Source: Octopus sinensis
Taxonomy: Eukaryota
DNA: 64,000 bases
NCBI RefSeq assembly: GCF_006345805.1
Contig: NC_042997.1
Coordinates: 178,560,001-178,624,000, forward strand
Direction: 5' to 3'
The notes below the pieces were generated by a model that made no database searches, was not told where the DNA came from, and worked only from the letters and a program-made list of their open reading frames with translations. A program made the translations under genes and the position numbers. This document shows, in pieces, positions 37,385-51,626 of this stretch. Position 1 is the first letter of the stretch. Each line of letters opens with the position of its first letter.

Positions 37385-38813
37385 TTTTGACTGTGCATTT
37401 TCCAGATTTTCAAAACTACAATTTCGCAATCTCAAGAAATACAGAGGTTTATTGAATCAGCGATCGATCAAAAAATATGTTTTATAAACATAATTTACTA
37501 ATTCCTCTCATGTATGATGTATTACAATCTTCATCGCTTGAACATTGTAAAGTTTGTAGCTTTAGTCAATCTTGAAAAATTCTGTAAGCTGATTACAAAT
37601 AGGCGAGAGAATATATTATCCCAGCTACACATATAGATACTAATGAAAATATCAACAATAACTAAACAGTCCTTCTTACTGTTGCCAAGCATGTGATCTC
37701 CGTTTTTGTTAATGTAACTGTCTGACTCATTGCCTGTATATCTTTGTATCGGTTTTCGTTTGTCAGCCTTTTAGTTGCTTCAACTGCAAAGTTGATCTTA
37801 CAGCAACCCCGAATGAGTTTTAATATGTAGAATTTATTGCTTTATTTACTTCTCATGCTGAGTGGTATAATACGTGATTCTCAGTTTACGTCCATCCATG
37901 TCTAAATTAATAGACTTATCGGAACCCATTTTCAGTCAGAAAATGGACTCACTTCAATACCCGCGAATCTAATCGCGGTTATAGACTGATCTGTAATCGA
38001 TTTATATTTTTTATTATTCGAGCCACTTCCTTACGAAGAATGATATTCCAACTAAAAAAATAAACGAAAAGAACGTGTATTTGAAACTGTAATATCTATC
38101 TCTCAGTATATACAGTACCAATATGGTGAGATTCGTTAGAACAAACTGTTGGCAGCTAGCAATCTGAGACCGTGACGCAGATTTAGCTCTCGGCTGAAGC
38201 TGTGTCGTTTTCTTCACATCATAAATGATCTCAGGAAAGAGAAAAGCATAAAAGTATCTCACAAGAAGAAAACTCTTTCTTCGTAATCGATCTGCGTGTT
38301 AGAAATAGTAGCTAATTCTCCTTGAAATACCTCGCAACTGTCTTAAAAAACGGAAGGAGACATTATATAATACTGTCCTCGATATACTATGCCTGTAAAA
38401 AGAACTCAGTATCCATGGCAGGGTTGTCTTTGATCACAAAAACATAACCTAGAGCCGAACACTAATAATAGGAATTTTGTAACCAGTAAAAGGAAACCAA
38501 TATATGATTGTTTTTCAAAGACTTTCTGTGTGTAGGAAGAATTAAAGAATGCAACATTTCTTAGGGAAAATATATTTCTGATATGGATGTACAGTAAATA
38601 AGTTCGTTTCGTTAGTATGTAATTTCGGTTCGGTCCCAATGCATAGCATCATGGGAAAGTGTTTACCGCCATAGCCTCACGTTGATAAATGTCTGCCAAG
38701 TGGAATTTAGACACTGAAACTGTGGCGAAAACCAGTCATATACATGTATGCATTTATGTATGTATGTATGTATGTATGTATGTATGTATGTATGTATGTA
38801 TGCATGTATGTAT

Positions 38814-39162
38814 GCAAGACCCTGCCCCAGTAAAGCTGGACTCAAGAGGCATCTTCGTAGTCATGAAGCGAGACAGATGAGTGACAACCTGGCCACTGGT
38901 GGTGGTGTTACCCACCATACTAATCATATCTGTCAGGGATGTGGAAGAGAGGGTAATTCGGCAGGAGGTCTTAGACGACATGCAAAGATACATGAAACCC
39001 AGTTACAACTACAGCCGGTTAATGCCAGTAAAGGTTTTAGCTATCAATTCTGTACAAGACATTGTAGATCTTTAGCTGGGCTAAAAAGTCACATTCGATC
39101 ATGGCACCAATAACAGTTAAGCTTCGTGCAATGGCCATACTCGATAACGTGGGGCAGCCATC
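38814..39162 (+). mobile_element. LINE 3' fragment (RTE-like) with three C2H2-like motifs and an (ATGT)n tail
   Basis: CPSKAGLKRHLRSH, CQGCGREGNSAGGLRRHAKIH and FCTRHCRSLAGLKSHIRSWH, then a short UTR; (ATGT)n on both sides. Confidence 0.7.
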
Positions 39163-39274
39163 ATGTATGTATGTATGTATGTATGTATGTATGTATGTAT
39201 GTATGTATGTATGTATGTATGTATGTATGTATGTTGTATGTATGTATGTATGTATGTATGTATATATGTATATA

Positions 39275-39770
39275 TGTCATTATTCAGTTTTATTTCCAGA
39301 TTTCTTGCCAGTACAGAAAGAGCCGGTTTCTAATCTAGATCCAAGGCTCCATCATTTGAATTTCAACATCAACAGGATATTTTTGTATATATGTATGTAT
39401 ATATGCAGATTTGTATGTTTCGTTTTATGTATCTATTCTCATGCATATACTTGCATATCTATGTTTCGTTTTATGTATGTATTCTCATGAATATACTTGC
39501 AATCTAGATAAACTCATATATACTTAAATGATAAACTTCTGGAAAGTTTTACAGATTTTTACAGTTCCAGTGATGGCTCGGATCTGTAGTCTTCAAATCA
39601 GCTTTCCCTTTTCTGGTTTTGAGAAGCCTGATTTCTCAATATTGGTATTTAGGCAGTGTGTTACATACTCAAGGGCCCCAATAATTACAGGTATAAACCT
39701 GAACTTGCAATCTGGATAGAGTAGCTGTTGATTCCTCAGTAGTTCGGCGTAGGTATTTTCTCTTTCACTG
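39275..39770 (-). mobile_element. RLE (R4-like) LINE 3' end with ~250-nt UTR and (CATA)n tail
   Basis: FRFIPVIIGALEYVTHCL...LQIRAITGTVKICKTFQKFII*, then a UTR ending AATAAAACTGAATAATGAC into (ACAT)n. Confidence 0.85.
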
Positions 39771-39794
39771 TATGTACGGATAAATGTTTTTTAT

Positions 39795-40110
39795 TGCTTC
39801 AGTCATTTGACTGCGGCCATGTTGGAGCACCGTATTTAGTCGAACAAATTCATTTTGTAAACCTAGTACTTATTCTATCGATCTTTTCTGCCGAACCGCT
39901 GAGTTACGGGAACATAAACACACCACTATCTGTTGTCAAGTGATGGTGGGGGGACAAACACACACACATCTATATATACGACGGGCTTATTTCAGTTTTT
40001 GTCTACCAACTCCACTCACAAGACTTTGGTCGGCCGGAGGCTATAGTAGAAGATACTTGCCCAAGGTACCAGGCAGTGGGACTGAACCCGTAACCATGTG
40101 GATGAAACAC
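39795..40110 (-). mobile_element. SINE family A
   Basis: Family A head, core and tail with a shortened internal microsatellite. Confidence 0.88.
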
Positions 40111-41267
40111 TTCTTTTCTATCCACCGAGATGGATGAAACACTGCTTTTCCATCCATCTGTGCGGAAATTCTAGTCGAAACACGGGAATTTTGATTGGGA
40201 CATGAACTGGGATAGAATTATTCAAAATATCTTAAGTTCCATATCAGGGAAATATGTTTGATTTGGTGGTCACACACAAACTACCTGTCTGTGTGCGTGT
40301 GTGTGTGCGTGTCTGTCTGTCTGTATATGTACAACTAAAAGCAGTCCATAAAATCTTGTAATTTCTAACTAAGCTGAAATAAGAAAGTAAGACAATTTAA
40401 ATTACCCAATGATATAAAAAAAAAACTACCTTTGATACAGTTCTTCTGGGGTCGTTTCTGAGTTGTACTTGTTTATATCAGTGACCAGGTAGCAGGCATT
40501 GCGACGAAAATTTTGACACCAAGTAATAAATAATTAAATGAAGTTAAAAGCTTTGCTTTTGTGTGTTTTATTAAATGACTTTTACGAGTTTTCTCTGACA
40601 ATTACTCCATGTTTTGCAGAATTTTGGAATAATTTCTTACTGATTTCTTAATTTTGAATTCGATGATTGTTATTTTAAAAAAAAATATGCAAAAAAAAAA
40701 AAGAGATTTTAACAATTGGTGAACATTTCATGCAAACGGATGTCCGCAAGGGAAGGAATAAACGCAGAACATAAAAAAAATATTGACTTATATGAGGAAA
40801 GTAGAATTTATTTCACACATTGGTCTTCAGTCTTCAGTAACAAAGATTTCTTAGCATTCATTGTAAATCATTGGCACTGGACTATAAGATATTTATATAT
40901 TTAGGAGCCTAGAGGCGAAAACCATTGGAGATATTGATTTTGCTTTGGGTAGGGGCAGAGAAATACGAAATGTACTCCTTATATGGCATTAGATTCTCAT
41001 TCATTCGATCATTTTACCATTCATCAAGTCGAGCTTGTATTCACCTTTTCGATGATTCATTCGTCATACAGTCTCTCAATTTCTTTTTATATTTTTAATA
41101 ACAATTTTTATGTACCTTCTTATATATTTTCTCAGAAAATGGTCACACGTGGGTTTGCATAGAGATACATACATTTGCATAAGTTTCTTAGCATTTTGGA
41201 CGAACATTTTGGTATGCATATTTGTAGTGTTCTCCATAAGTGTGAACTACTACTGCTACTGCTGCTG

Positions 41268-41320
<53 letters not shown>

Positions 41321-41420
41321 GCTACTACTACTACTACTTTTTCTTCATCTTCTGCTTCATCTTCTGCTGCTACTACTGCTGCTGCTGTTGCTGTTGCTCT
41401 TGAAGCTACTTCTGCTGCTG

Positions 41421-41465
<45 letters not shown>

Positions 41466-41775
41466 GTTTAATAATTATTATCCGTTTATTCGACACAAGA
41501 GCAAATACAAACCATTTTGTATATACACATGCATATATACACATATACTTTTATATGTACACATTATTATATAATGGGAGGATGTTAGAAGGACCGGTAA
41601 CATCTATCTCCATTATCGATGATACCTTTAGGTCAAATGCCTTAGGATATTTTCCATATTCCTCCACGGAGAAATCTTTCGAAAGAAAAAAATATTCACT
41701 ACATCATCATCGATATCAAAATATCTCCAAGAATATCATCATTCACATGATCATTCACTAACCGTTTATAGAATA

Positions 41776-42157
41776 CTAGCAGTATCGCCCGGCGTTGCTC
41801 GGGTTTGTAAGGGAAATAACTATAAAGCATTTTTAGAGAGTTATAGCCAAAAAATAGGGAAAAAATGGAAAAAAATGATGGTAAATTTTTTTTGAGAGTT
41901 AAAAAGGTCGAGTTACGTCCCCTAGACAGTCTGTAGTTTGTGTTTCTGATTCTCGACCCCATGTCGAATTTATCGATTTTTTCAGAACTGGGGGAACTTT
42001 TCGAAATTTTCACTGCGTTAGTTTTGAATTATGACATTGGGCTATGTGTGTGTCAAGTTTCATCAGAATCGGTTGAAAGCCGTGGTCAGGGTGAGAGTAC
42101 AACCTAACAGACACACAGACACGCAGACAGACAAACTGCCGTTTATATATAGAGAGA
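41776..42157 (-). mobile_element. Non-autonomous Helitron, ~380 bp
   Basis: On the minus strand: A|TC 5' start, a 3' hairpin CCCG-AGCAACGC-CGGG followed by CTAG|T, and no TSD. Confidence 0.85.
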
Positions 42158-42357
42158 TAACCTTAACCTTTTCAGCCACTGTATTGATAGACTGGTAAAG
42201 GGCTGTGAACATCGGAAATACGGAAATACTCTAGATGCAAAACGTCAATCCTTGGTCTACTTTTGATTAAAACTACAGCTCCGTTAAAGAGGTGAGTTGG
42301 AGTGCCAGACACGTTGGACAAAAGATGAACGCAACAGCTCACTTTCCAGGAATTCTT

Positions 42358-42564
42358 TTACTCTTTTAGCTGTTTCAACCATTTGACTGTGGCCATGATG
42401 GAGCACAGCCTTTTTGTCGAGCAAATCGACCCCAGGACTTATTCTTTGTAAGCCTAGTACTTATTCTATCGGTCTCTTTTGCCGAACCGCTAAGTTACGG
42501 AGACGTAAACACACCAGCATCAGTTGTCAAATGATGTTGGGGGGGGACAAATACAGACACACAA

Positions 42565-42661
<97 letters not shown>

Positions 42662-42832
42662 CATATATACGACGGGCTTCTTTCAGTTTCCGCCTACCAA
42701 ATCTAATCACAAGGCTTTGGTCGACCCGAGGCTATAGTAGAAGACACTTGCCCAAGGTGCCACACAGTGGTACTGAACCCGGAACCATGTGGTTCGTTAG
42801 CAAGCTACTTACCACACAGCCACTCATACGCC
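42358..42832 (-). mobile_element. Full SINE family A
   Basis: Same structure as 31392-31851. Confidence 0.92.
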
Positions 42833-43062
42833 CGATGAAGATGTTGCAGCATCTGTACAATGATGAGCATCAAAAGCCATTCAACATCTTGGTGACATTG
42901 GAAACTATTTAGTATTCTGAAAGTTTTTACTGTTAGGTCTTAAACTGTTGTTGCAACCACCCTCTGTTAGGTAAGCTTTTCTATCATTCTTACTATACGC
43001 TTCGTATAATATAGTGACAGCCTACACTCTCTGTATATATATATATATATATATATTATATT

Positions 43063-43650
<588 letters not shown>

Positions 43651-43651
43651 G

Positions 43652-43697
<46 letters not shown>

Positions 43698-45768
43698 TGT
43701 AAGCAGAAATAGGCTTCTCAATTTGTTTTGCAGACATTTAACCGATTAGCTTTGTTTGGACATTAGTTTGCAACTATCTGATCAGTGTATGAGGACTTAT
43801 AAATGTTATGAGAACTGCCTCTCCTCTTTTGATTAAATTATATAAACAAGAAAAAAAAACTAGAAATTGTTGGAAGTAGTTAGGTCATTGAGCTTCACAA
43901 AATATAACTGCAATGCAAAAATACTTTATATTGGTATGGGCAGATTATTGAACCAAGAGCTTTTATTGAAAGCAATATGGCACTTATAAATTGAGAAGTT
44001 GGTGCCATATACAATTCAATACATTTTTACCGTTGATTAACAAACCTCATGGAACAGATCATGAACTCCTGAAGGCAGAATATTTATTTTAAAACGTTTA
44101 GTATTAATTTCTTCCATTGGTACAAGGACACCAGTTTCTAAGAAAGAATATAGTCTATTGAATCAATGTTAACAGATTCTTGGCACTAATTATGTCTGGG
44201 AGACATTCCGTTTGACACTTTATGGTCTTTATATTTTACCAGTCTTGCACTATGTCCTGTTAAATTGTTAAAGGAAGCGGAGTTGCGAAAACTGCAAGAA
44301 ATCAATAATATGTCTTAGTACTTAACTTTATTGCTGTATGTTCAATACCTGTATGTTATAAAATAAATAAAAACAAGTACCAAGCATATCCAGAGTCTGA
44401 TGCATTCCACTACATACTCCAATACAAAATTTATGTCATGTTCCAACGGAAGAGTGATTGTCAAATAATTAAAACATTTCAGTGGTTTCAAATCTGTTTT
44501 ATTTAAAAGCTATACAAATGATACATTTATTTGGAAAAAGATTAACAAAAAAAACACAAAACAATCCTTTTTTAATGAAGATAACATTCAGCTTCATTTC
44601 AACGATGTTGCAATCCAGTGGCTACACTATAGAGGAGAAATAAGTTCCTGGCGAACCGTGACAACAACATGGTTTTGATTCCCATATCTAGCATTTCTCT
44701 TCACTTAATTTAATTCTGATCCAGAAGAAGGGCATGAAACAACTCAAGATTTCTAATCCTCTTTAAATCTGAACTCTCATGTAAGCCTCTGTCTATCACC
44801 AACGACTATAGATTTCTGCTCTTGAGGGATTTTCAAGGTGCAGAACCCTTGGGTACTGTATGTGTGTGGGTGTGAATTCTAGAGTGTCTAAGAATCAGAG
44901 TTCCTATCTCGATATCACTAATGTCGACCAAGGGTCGATCTAACGAATAAACAAAGTTATAATCCGTTAATCATTCCAATTCTATCAATAAATATGCATC
45001 TCTAGCGTTTTTCATTTACCTTCAACTGCAATAATTTGACAAGAAACATATCAAGACAATTATCAGAGGGAAATATACCAAACTCTTTTGACTTGGAAAT
45101 ATTTCTTAGTCCGAATGCATTATTAATATAAACGAGTAGGAATCAAAACCAGGCAAGGGCACAATTAGCCGAAAACTTAACCCAGCAATACGGTGTCTGT
45201 GATTCAAACAACAGCAAAATAACATATTGTTTGCAGTGATGGTTGTTAAGGGGGTAATGAGGATATTTAATTACTATAAGATGAAATAGTGCTCGGTGTA
45301 CAATTAGATGGTGTTCCTTAACAAGAAATCTTCCAAGTTATATAGTGTAATGCTTTATTGAAACTGAGCAACGTGACCGTTGAGAAACCCATTTCAGATA
45401 TAAGCAGGCCTCCATAATAAGCAATTTTAGAGAACTAAGGCTTCCATAAGTTTGTAGAATGTATTAAGCATCCCCACCACTTACCTTGAGATATTTTTAA
45501 TATCCCTCAAATATCAAGGGACAAGTTAGTCATCAGCCAACTAATCAATGAAATAAATTTTTAGTACGACATACTGGTTGGCATCAAATCATCAAATTAA
45601 TAGATGATCTAGTCATTTCTTTATTACCAGATGGAGGTTGGTGACGATTAAAAGTATTGATTCTACGATAACATATGGGGAAGCTATATGGAAAGGGCGA
45701 AAAGAAAGAGTGAGAGAAAGAGTTAAGAAGCCATAGAACTCACTCTTTTTATTAATTTGAGAAATGAC

Positions 45769-45834
<66 letters not shown>

Positions 45835-48800
45835 CTTCTCATTTGGAATGCGGCTGTTTATTTGGATACATAATATATTTTATTTTGATTTTTATCATGT
45901 ATTGGCTATATATATAATCGTGAAAAAGTGTATATTTGTAGTTTTATGCCTTCAGCTTATAATAATTTTTTTCTTGCAAGTCATTTTAGATCGTTTTATA
46001 TTTGCTAAAAAATTAATTCAACACATTTTAATGTAAAAAAGTATCAAAATAAGGAAATCACCTTTTCCAATTTTTAAAAAGATCTTCGCTATTCTACACT
46101 ATATAGAATTCAAATAGGAAAAATGAAGAAAAGGAAAGGAAACTTATTTTTGTCCCTAATAAGTAAATTTCTGGATCTCTTCATTACCAAGATTGTTCGA
46201 GGAAAAGTTCAAATTTGGAAAGAAAAAGAATTCTCTTATATGTATTTACAAAGTTGAAAAGAACGCTTCAGCTTTGGGTATGATGCTATGTACAGAATGG
46301 CTTGTTGGCTTTCTATTCAGTTACTTCGGTGACAGTTTGTCTCTTTTTATATAATCCATTCTGTATAATATTTTCCGTTTACTCTTTGATTGTCATGTAG
46401 CAAAGCCAACGGATTTCAGGTACACAGTCTCACCGACAAAAAAAGAAAGAAAAAGAAAACAAAATAGCAAACAAAAACAAGAATATAAAGAATATCAAAA
46501 GCAAAACGGCATTTCTTTAGTTTTCTATTTGTAACTTTCTATTTCTAACAGAGGATAATATTTTGAAAGTTTTAAAATCCTTTCATCTCGCAGAAATCAA
46601 TTATTTTACTGACAGTAAAGTATGATAAAAATAGCTGTATTTTCTAATATCAGTTACGTTAATAAACTGCACTAGATCTTCCTAGGCAGGACAGATAACT
46701 CACAAAATACATGATTACCAGATAACCAAATGCAAGTTCACCAGAGTAAATACAAAAATGGTTTTGATTCCAAGTTTCACAGTTTCTCATCTTGCCGATT
46801 CACCATTGGTTCATAGGAATGCGTTGCTATAAGATCTGTTGCGTATAAGTGACTATTATAAGGTGATGCAATTAGTAAAAAATAATATCCCAGTAGAGTA
46901 GGAAATGGAATGAAATGTGTCTATCACCGTGTATTACTACCAGTTTCTGCTAATAAAAGCAATTCATCATTCCATTTAAAGAGTGTCTTTTTTTTTATTT
47001 AGTTTTGAGACATTATCTTTCATCACCACCTTTTTGTTTGTTGTTTTTTTTTATATCTTTTAACATATAAAAAACATGCAAGAGAAAAAAATTTTTATTA
47101 GTCTGAAAATGTTGATTCAATTTTTTAAATAATAATATCATAAATATATTTATTGTTAGTGATGTGTTTTTATCAAGTCTTTTATGTCTTCTCTCTCGTC
47201 AGTGTTTAGTGACAGCTATTAGAAGGTTAAATTGATGTTAAATTATAGCCAATTGACACTGAAAACATTGTTTCCACCAGATCGTATAGTTTTTTTGCTC
47301 TGTCAAGCGGAACTTTTGTTCAGACAGTGAATCATTTTGGAAAGCTATTTGAGTTGCTGATTAGTGATCGGTTGGCACTCAAATTCGGCAATAATCTTCC
47401 AAAAAGATTGGCTCTTGTGTATAATTTGTTTCAAAGGGAAGCATGTGAGTTTATAACTCTACTGAGACTCATTTTACAGCAGTTTCTTTTTATCGTGCAA
47501 TTAACACAAATGTTGTGGTATTCCAAGTCAAGCCCTTTTCAGATGTGACCAGATATAAAACATTTTAGTTTAAAACTTTTTTTTTGCCACTCTTCACTGT
47601 GTTTCGTAGTTCGACACGGGCTATTGAACTGCTCCGTAAAAATAACAAAACAAAAACAAATAATAAATAGATAATCAATTAGGAAAAGTTTCCAAGCCGT
47701 ATACTGTAATTGGGAGAGTTCGAACAAGCTTGGTTTGACGGAAGTTAGTTCAATTTTATCACATTTTAATAAGAAATTTCATTTCAAATGTTTCCCTTTG
47801 TTAAGCCGCTGTTATTCATCGAAATCTTAGGTGACACATACACACACATGCGCCTGTGTACGTGTGTGTGTATGTATGTATGTGTGTGTGTATGTGTGTG
47901 TGTGTTGTTGATTACAATGTATAGTTTCCAATTCAAAGTCTTGAATTAGAAATTACAAGGATGAACGGAAATGTATTTCTTTTTAGATTTTTATCAGCTT
48001 TTTTTTTTCATACTTTAAAAAGAAATTAGGTAAAGAATTAATAACATAAAAAGCGGAAAAGAACATAAAGTCTAACATACGGAGAAAAGCAAATGGTTTT
48101 AACATAAAATATTCACAAGGAACGTAAGTGCAAATTTTTGTCTTTGGAAGATTTTCTACGCTTTTCTTTCAACGTTTTTAGAGGGTGGGTGGTTGGGGAA
48201 AAGAATTTGAATAACAATAAACTCCAGGTCAAGCAAAAAGTAAATAAAGGCACATTGTGATAGTTGTGAGAAGATTAAAGCTCAGTTTATTATTGTCTCT
48301 TTTGGACAGAATCGTACTCATGAAATAAACTTAACCCCCAAATCCAGAAGTATTCATTCTCAAATATCCCATTCAGCAAATGGTTTCAAACCCATTCGAA
48401 CTATGAACAGGAATAGAATGAATTGTTCTGCTACTACTGGGTACGTTTTGGTTTTGTTTTGAGAGAGGATGTTTATTAAAAAGAGAGAGCAGAAAGTTAG
48501 TGTTGTAAATTACTTCTTCGTGTTGTTAGTCCTTTTTTTTTGTTTTTAAATATATTTTTTCCCTTTTTCATTTTCTTTTCTTTTTCTTTTATTACACGGC
48601 TTGGTAATTAAAGGTGAAGTGAGATTGGTCTATGTAGTGTTGTGAGAAATAAGAAAACAAATTGTTTTGATATAATTTAAAAATCTAAGATTCTAATATC
48701 GATAAGGAGAGAGGTGTGATGTATATGTATTTTTGAATGTAAGTCAATACGCGTGCAACAGCCAGTACTATCCCCGAAAAGGGAAATAAACGATAAAGTT

Positions 48801-49004
48801 GTTACAATATATACCTTGATGTATAACAACAATGATATCAATAACAATAACAATTATGATGATATTAATAACAATAATGATGGCAGTAGTAGCAACTATA
48901 ACAGGAATATCAGCAGTAGCATTTGTAATAGATATAATAATAATTATAATCATAATAATGATAATGTATTTCTCTAATATAGATACAAAGCCAGCAATTT
49001 TTGC

Positions 49005-49135
49005 GGAAGATGAAGTTAGTCAATTACATCAACCCGGTATTTGCTGGTAATTTTATTTTATCGGCCCTCGAGGGATGAAAAGCGAAAGATTCGAACTGTT
49101 ACTATATGCCGTTAGGCATGCTGTCCAATGCTGTA
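49005..49135 (-). mobile_element. Highly diverged SINE family B
   Basis: CAATTACATCAACCC...TTTATCGGCCCTCGAGGGATGAAAAGCGAAAG. Confidence 0.6.
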
Positions 49136-49143
49136 AAGATCCT

Positions 49144-49590
<447 letters not shown>

Positions 49591-51309
49591 TTTATGGCGA
49601 AAGAGATAGTTGAAGAAACAGACTCCTAGTATATCACGGGTACTTGAGGAATTCAAAGCGCTCTAACGTTTCTGTTAATGCACCAACTTGTTACAGGTCT
49701 TATGTTGTCTGATGGAAATACGATCTATTAGCACATCAGTCATCATTCTTCAGTCTTTATTGATATGAAATGTTTACACAAATCTTCTGGCTAACTATAA
49801 GTTATTGGCGTAGGAGTAGAAATTATTTCAACATTGTGGAGCCTAGAGGTGAAAACCATTCAAAGCATTCAAATCGGCCATAATCGATTAAGTTTATAAT
49901 GAAATGTTTAAGAAATATGGAAATCCCGTCTTTGTACATATCCAATATGTCCACAACTTTATAATATAATAGTGTATGATAGAAAGGGAAGATTTGGTAT
50001 ATTTAGAAAGTTGAGCGACAACATATGCCTCTTCAGAGAGGTGAAGTTAAATACAAAATTCATGTAATTAAGTCATTTTCATCACTCAGTAAAAATCACT
50101 CAGAAAACTAATTTTTTGAGTGAGTTTTACTAATTTTCACACAGAAAACTAATTTTGTACAATATTTAATACGACGCTCTACAATTCCTGCTACATCACC
50201 GCCTTCCTCCAACATGAAAACAAAAATACAAGCAGGAAAGCAACAACAAAAGCTGCAACAAATGGGAATATATTTCCATTCGGGTAAACGGGGTGTTATA
50301 TCTTTTATGCTTCAGACTATGGAGACGTTTTCAACTTTTCTAGCTTTTAGGCTCAGACATATTGTGATAGCAAGGTGGTTTTGATTTTATCTCTGGATTT
50401 GAAAGTGTATTTATGCTAGTTAAATCTGCTTTTAAATATATGTTGTGTAAGTGCGGTATATTTTCTTCTTGACAACATCATTTAATTTTATAGTAGCTTG
50501 GCATGTCACTACCTAATGACGGTGTGACTCATGTAGTTGGTAGTTCTAAGCTGATCTGTAATTTTAAGTTGGTGTTGGGATGGCAACTAGAAGGTTGGGC
50601 ATTAGCTGTGTTACGAAATATACAGGGCAATATTGTTTAGCTGCCATAGCTGGGTTTGATATTGTTTCCATTGAAATGTGTATGGAATTTATGTGTCTGG
50701 AAAATGCTTACGCCAAGAAGGTTCTGTCTATGTGGTTTACATTCTTACCAGGTACTGAATTAAATTATCTAGTATTCTCATTCTGAACTTGCTATTTTAC
50801 AAGAGGGCATCCTATGTTATATACGAAATGTTTAAATACTCACAGTAAATATCAAGAAGCTATCCTGGATTTCCAACAACGCCAATACTGTGCATCGAAT
50901 CACACTATAAGACTTTTACTGATTAAAAGAGGGAAGGGAAAACCAGTAATAATTCTATCCACTGCATTTACTTAAAAAATTTTTTTATAAAAATGAAAAA
51001 AAATAGGCTGAATGCACAGCTCGCTCGGGAAACTATGATGTGAATTATCGACTTAGCAAAAATAATTAAACTGTACTACATGTATTTGGCACACGTTCTT
51101 TCTTTTGTATTTGCAAAGACACACGTATACACACGCAGTTGCATATATACATATATGTGTGAGTGACTGTGTGAGCGTATATGTATGTAAGTCTGTATGT
51201 GAACATGTATGTTATGTTTGAATGTATGTATGTATGCGTTCATATTTATATAGTTGAAATTTACAGAAAAACAAAAGAAAGACAAAGACAGGTGTATAAA
51301 CAACAAGTA

Positions 51310-51626
51310 AGTCACTGCAGGAGTGGCGAATACAGAGTCTCGAGTGGAGCGTTTTGAAGAACAAACCGTTCAACTTTCACATAATTCAAGTATAATCTTT
51401 TGCAAAATTTATGCAATTTGAATTACGTATTTCCGTATTTAAGCCTACCAAGCACCATACTAACATCACCCAAAATAACTGGAGTTGCATACATGCATCG
51501 CTGTATTCTACACTTCACTGTAAACTATCACCCAGTCTACTAACGCCGAGTACTATTCTCACTCACTTAATTTCCTCGACTCGACTATCTGTATTCGCCT
51601 CTGTATTCGCCACTCCTGCAGTGTCT
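51310..51626. mobile_element. MITE with 28-bp TIRs and TA flanks
   Basis: AGTCACTGCAGGAGTGGCGAATACAGAG vs the reverse complement of 51599-51626 (1 mismatch); TA at 51308-51309 and 51627-51628. Confidence 0.85.

Noticed and set aside
38748-39113. Host C2H2 zinc-finger gene exon
   Set aside because: No TGEKP linkers or clear splice sites; it has a LINE-like short UTR and tail and sits in (ATGT)n on both sides.
40904-40926. rRNA-like motif GGAGCCTAGAGGYGAAAACCATT, also at 49838-49860
   Set aside because: Only ~23 bp; the flanks do not extend as rRNA, so it is more likely a fragment of an old repeat.
47327-47548. 73-aa ORF in the TE-poor region
   Set aside because: GTG start, no recognisable domain and no convincing splice signals.
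50749-50754. 6-nt microexon on the minus strand (ttcag|TACCTG|gtaaga)
   Set aside because: Such motifs occur by chance in 64 kb and there is no host gene context.
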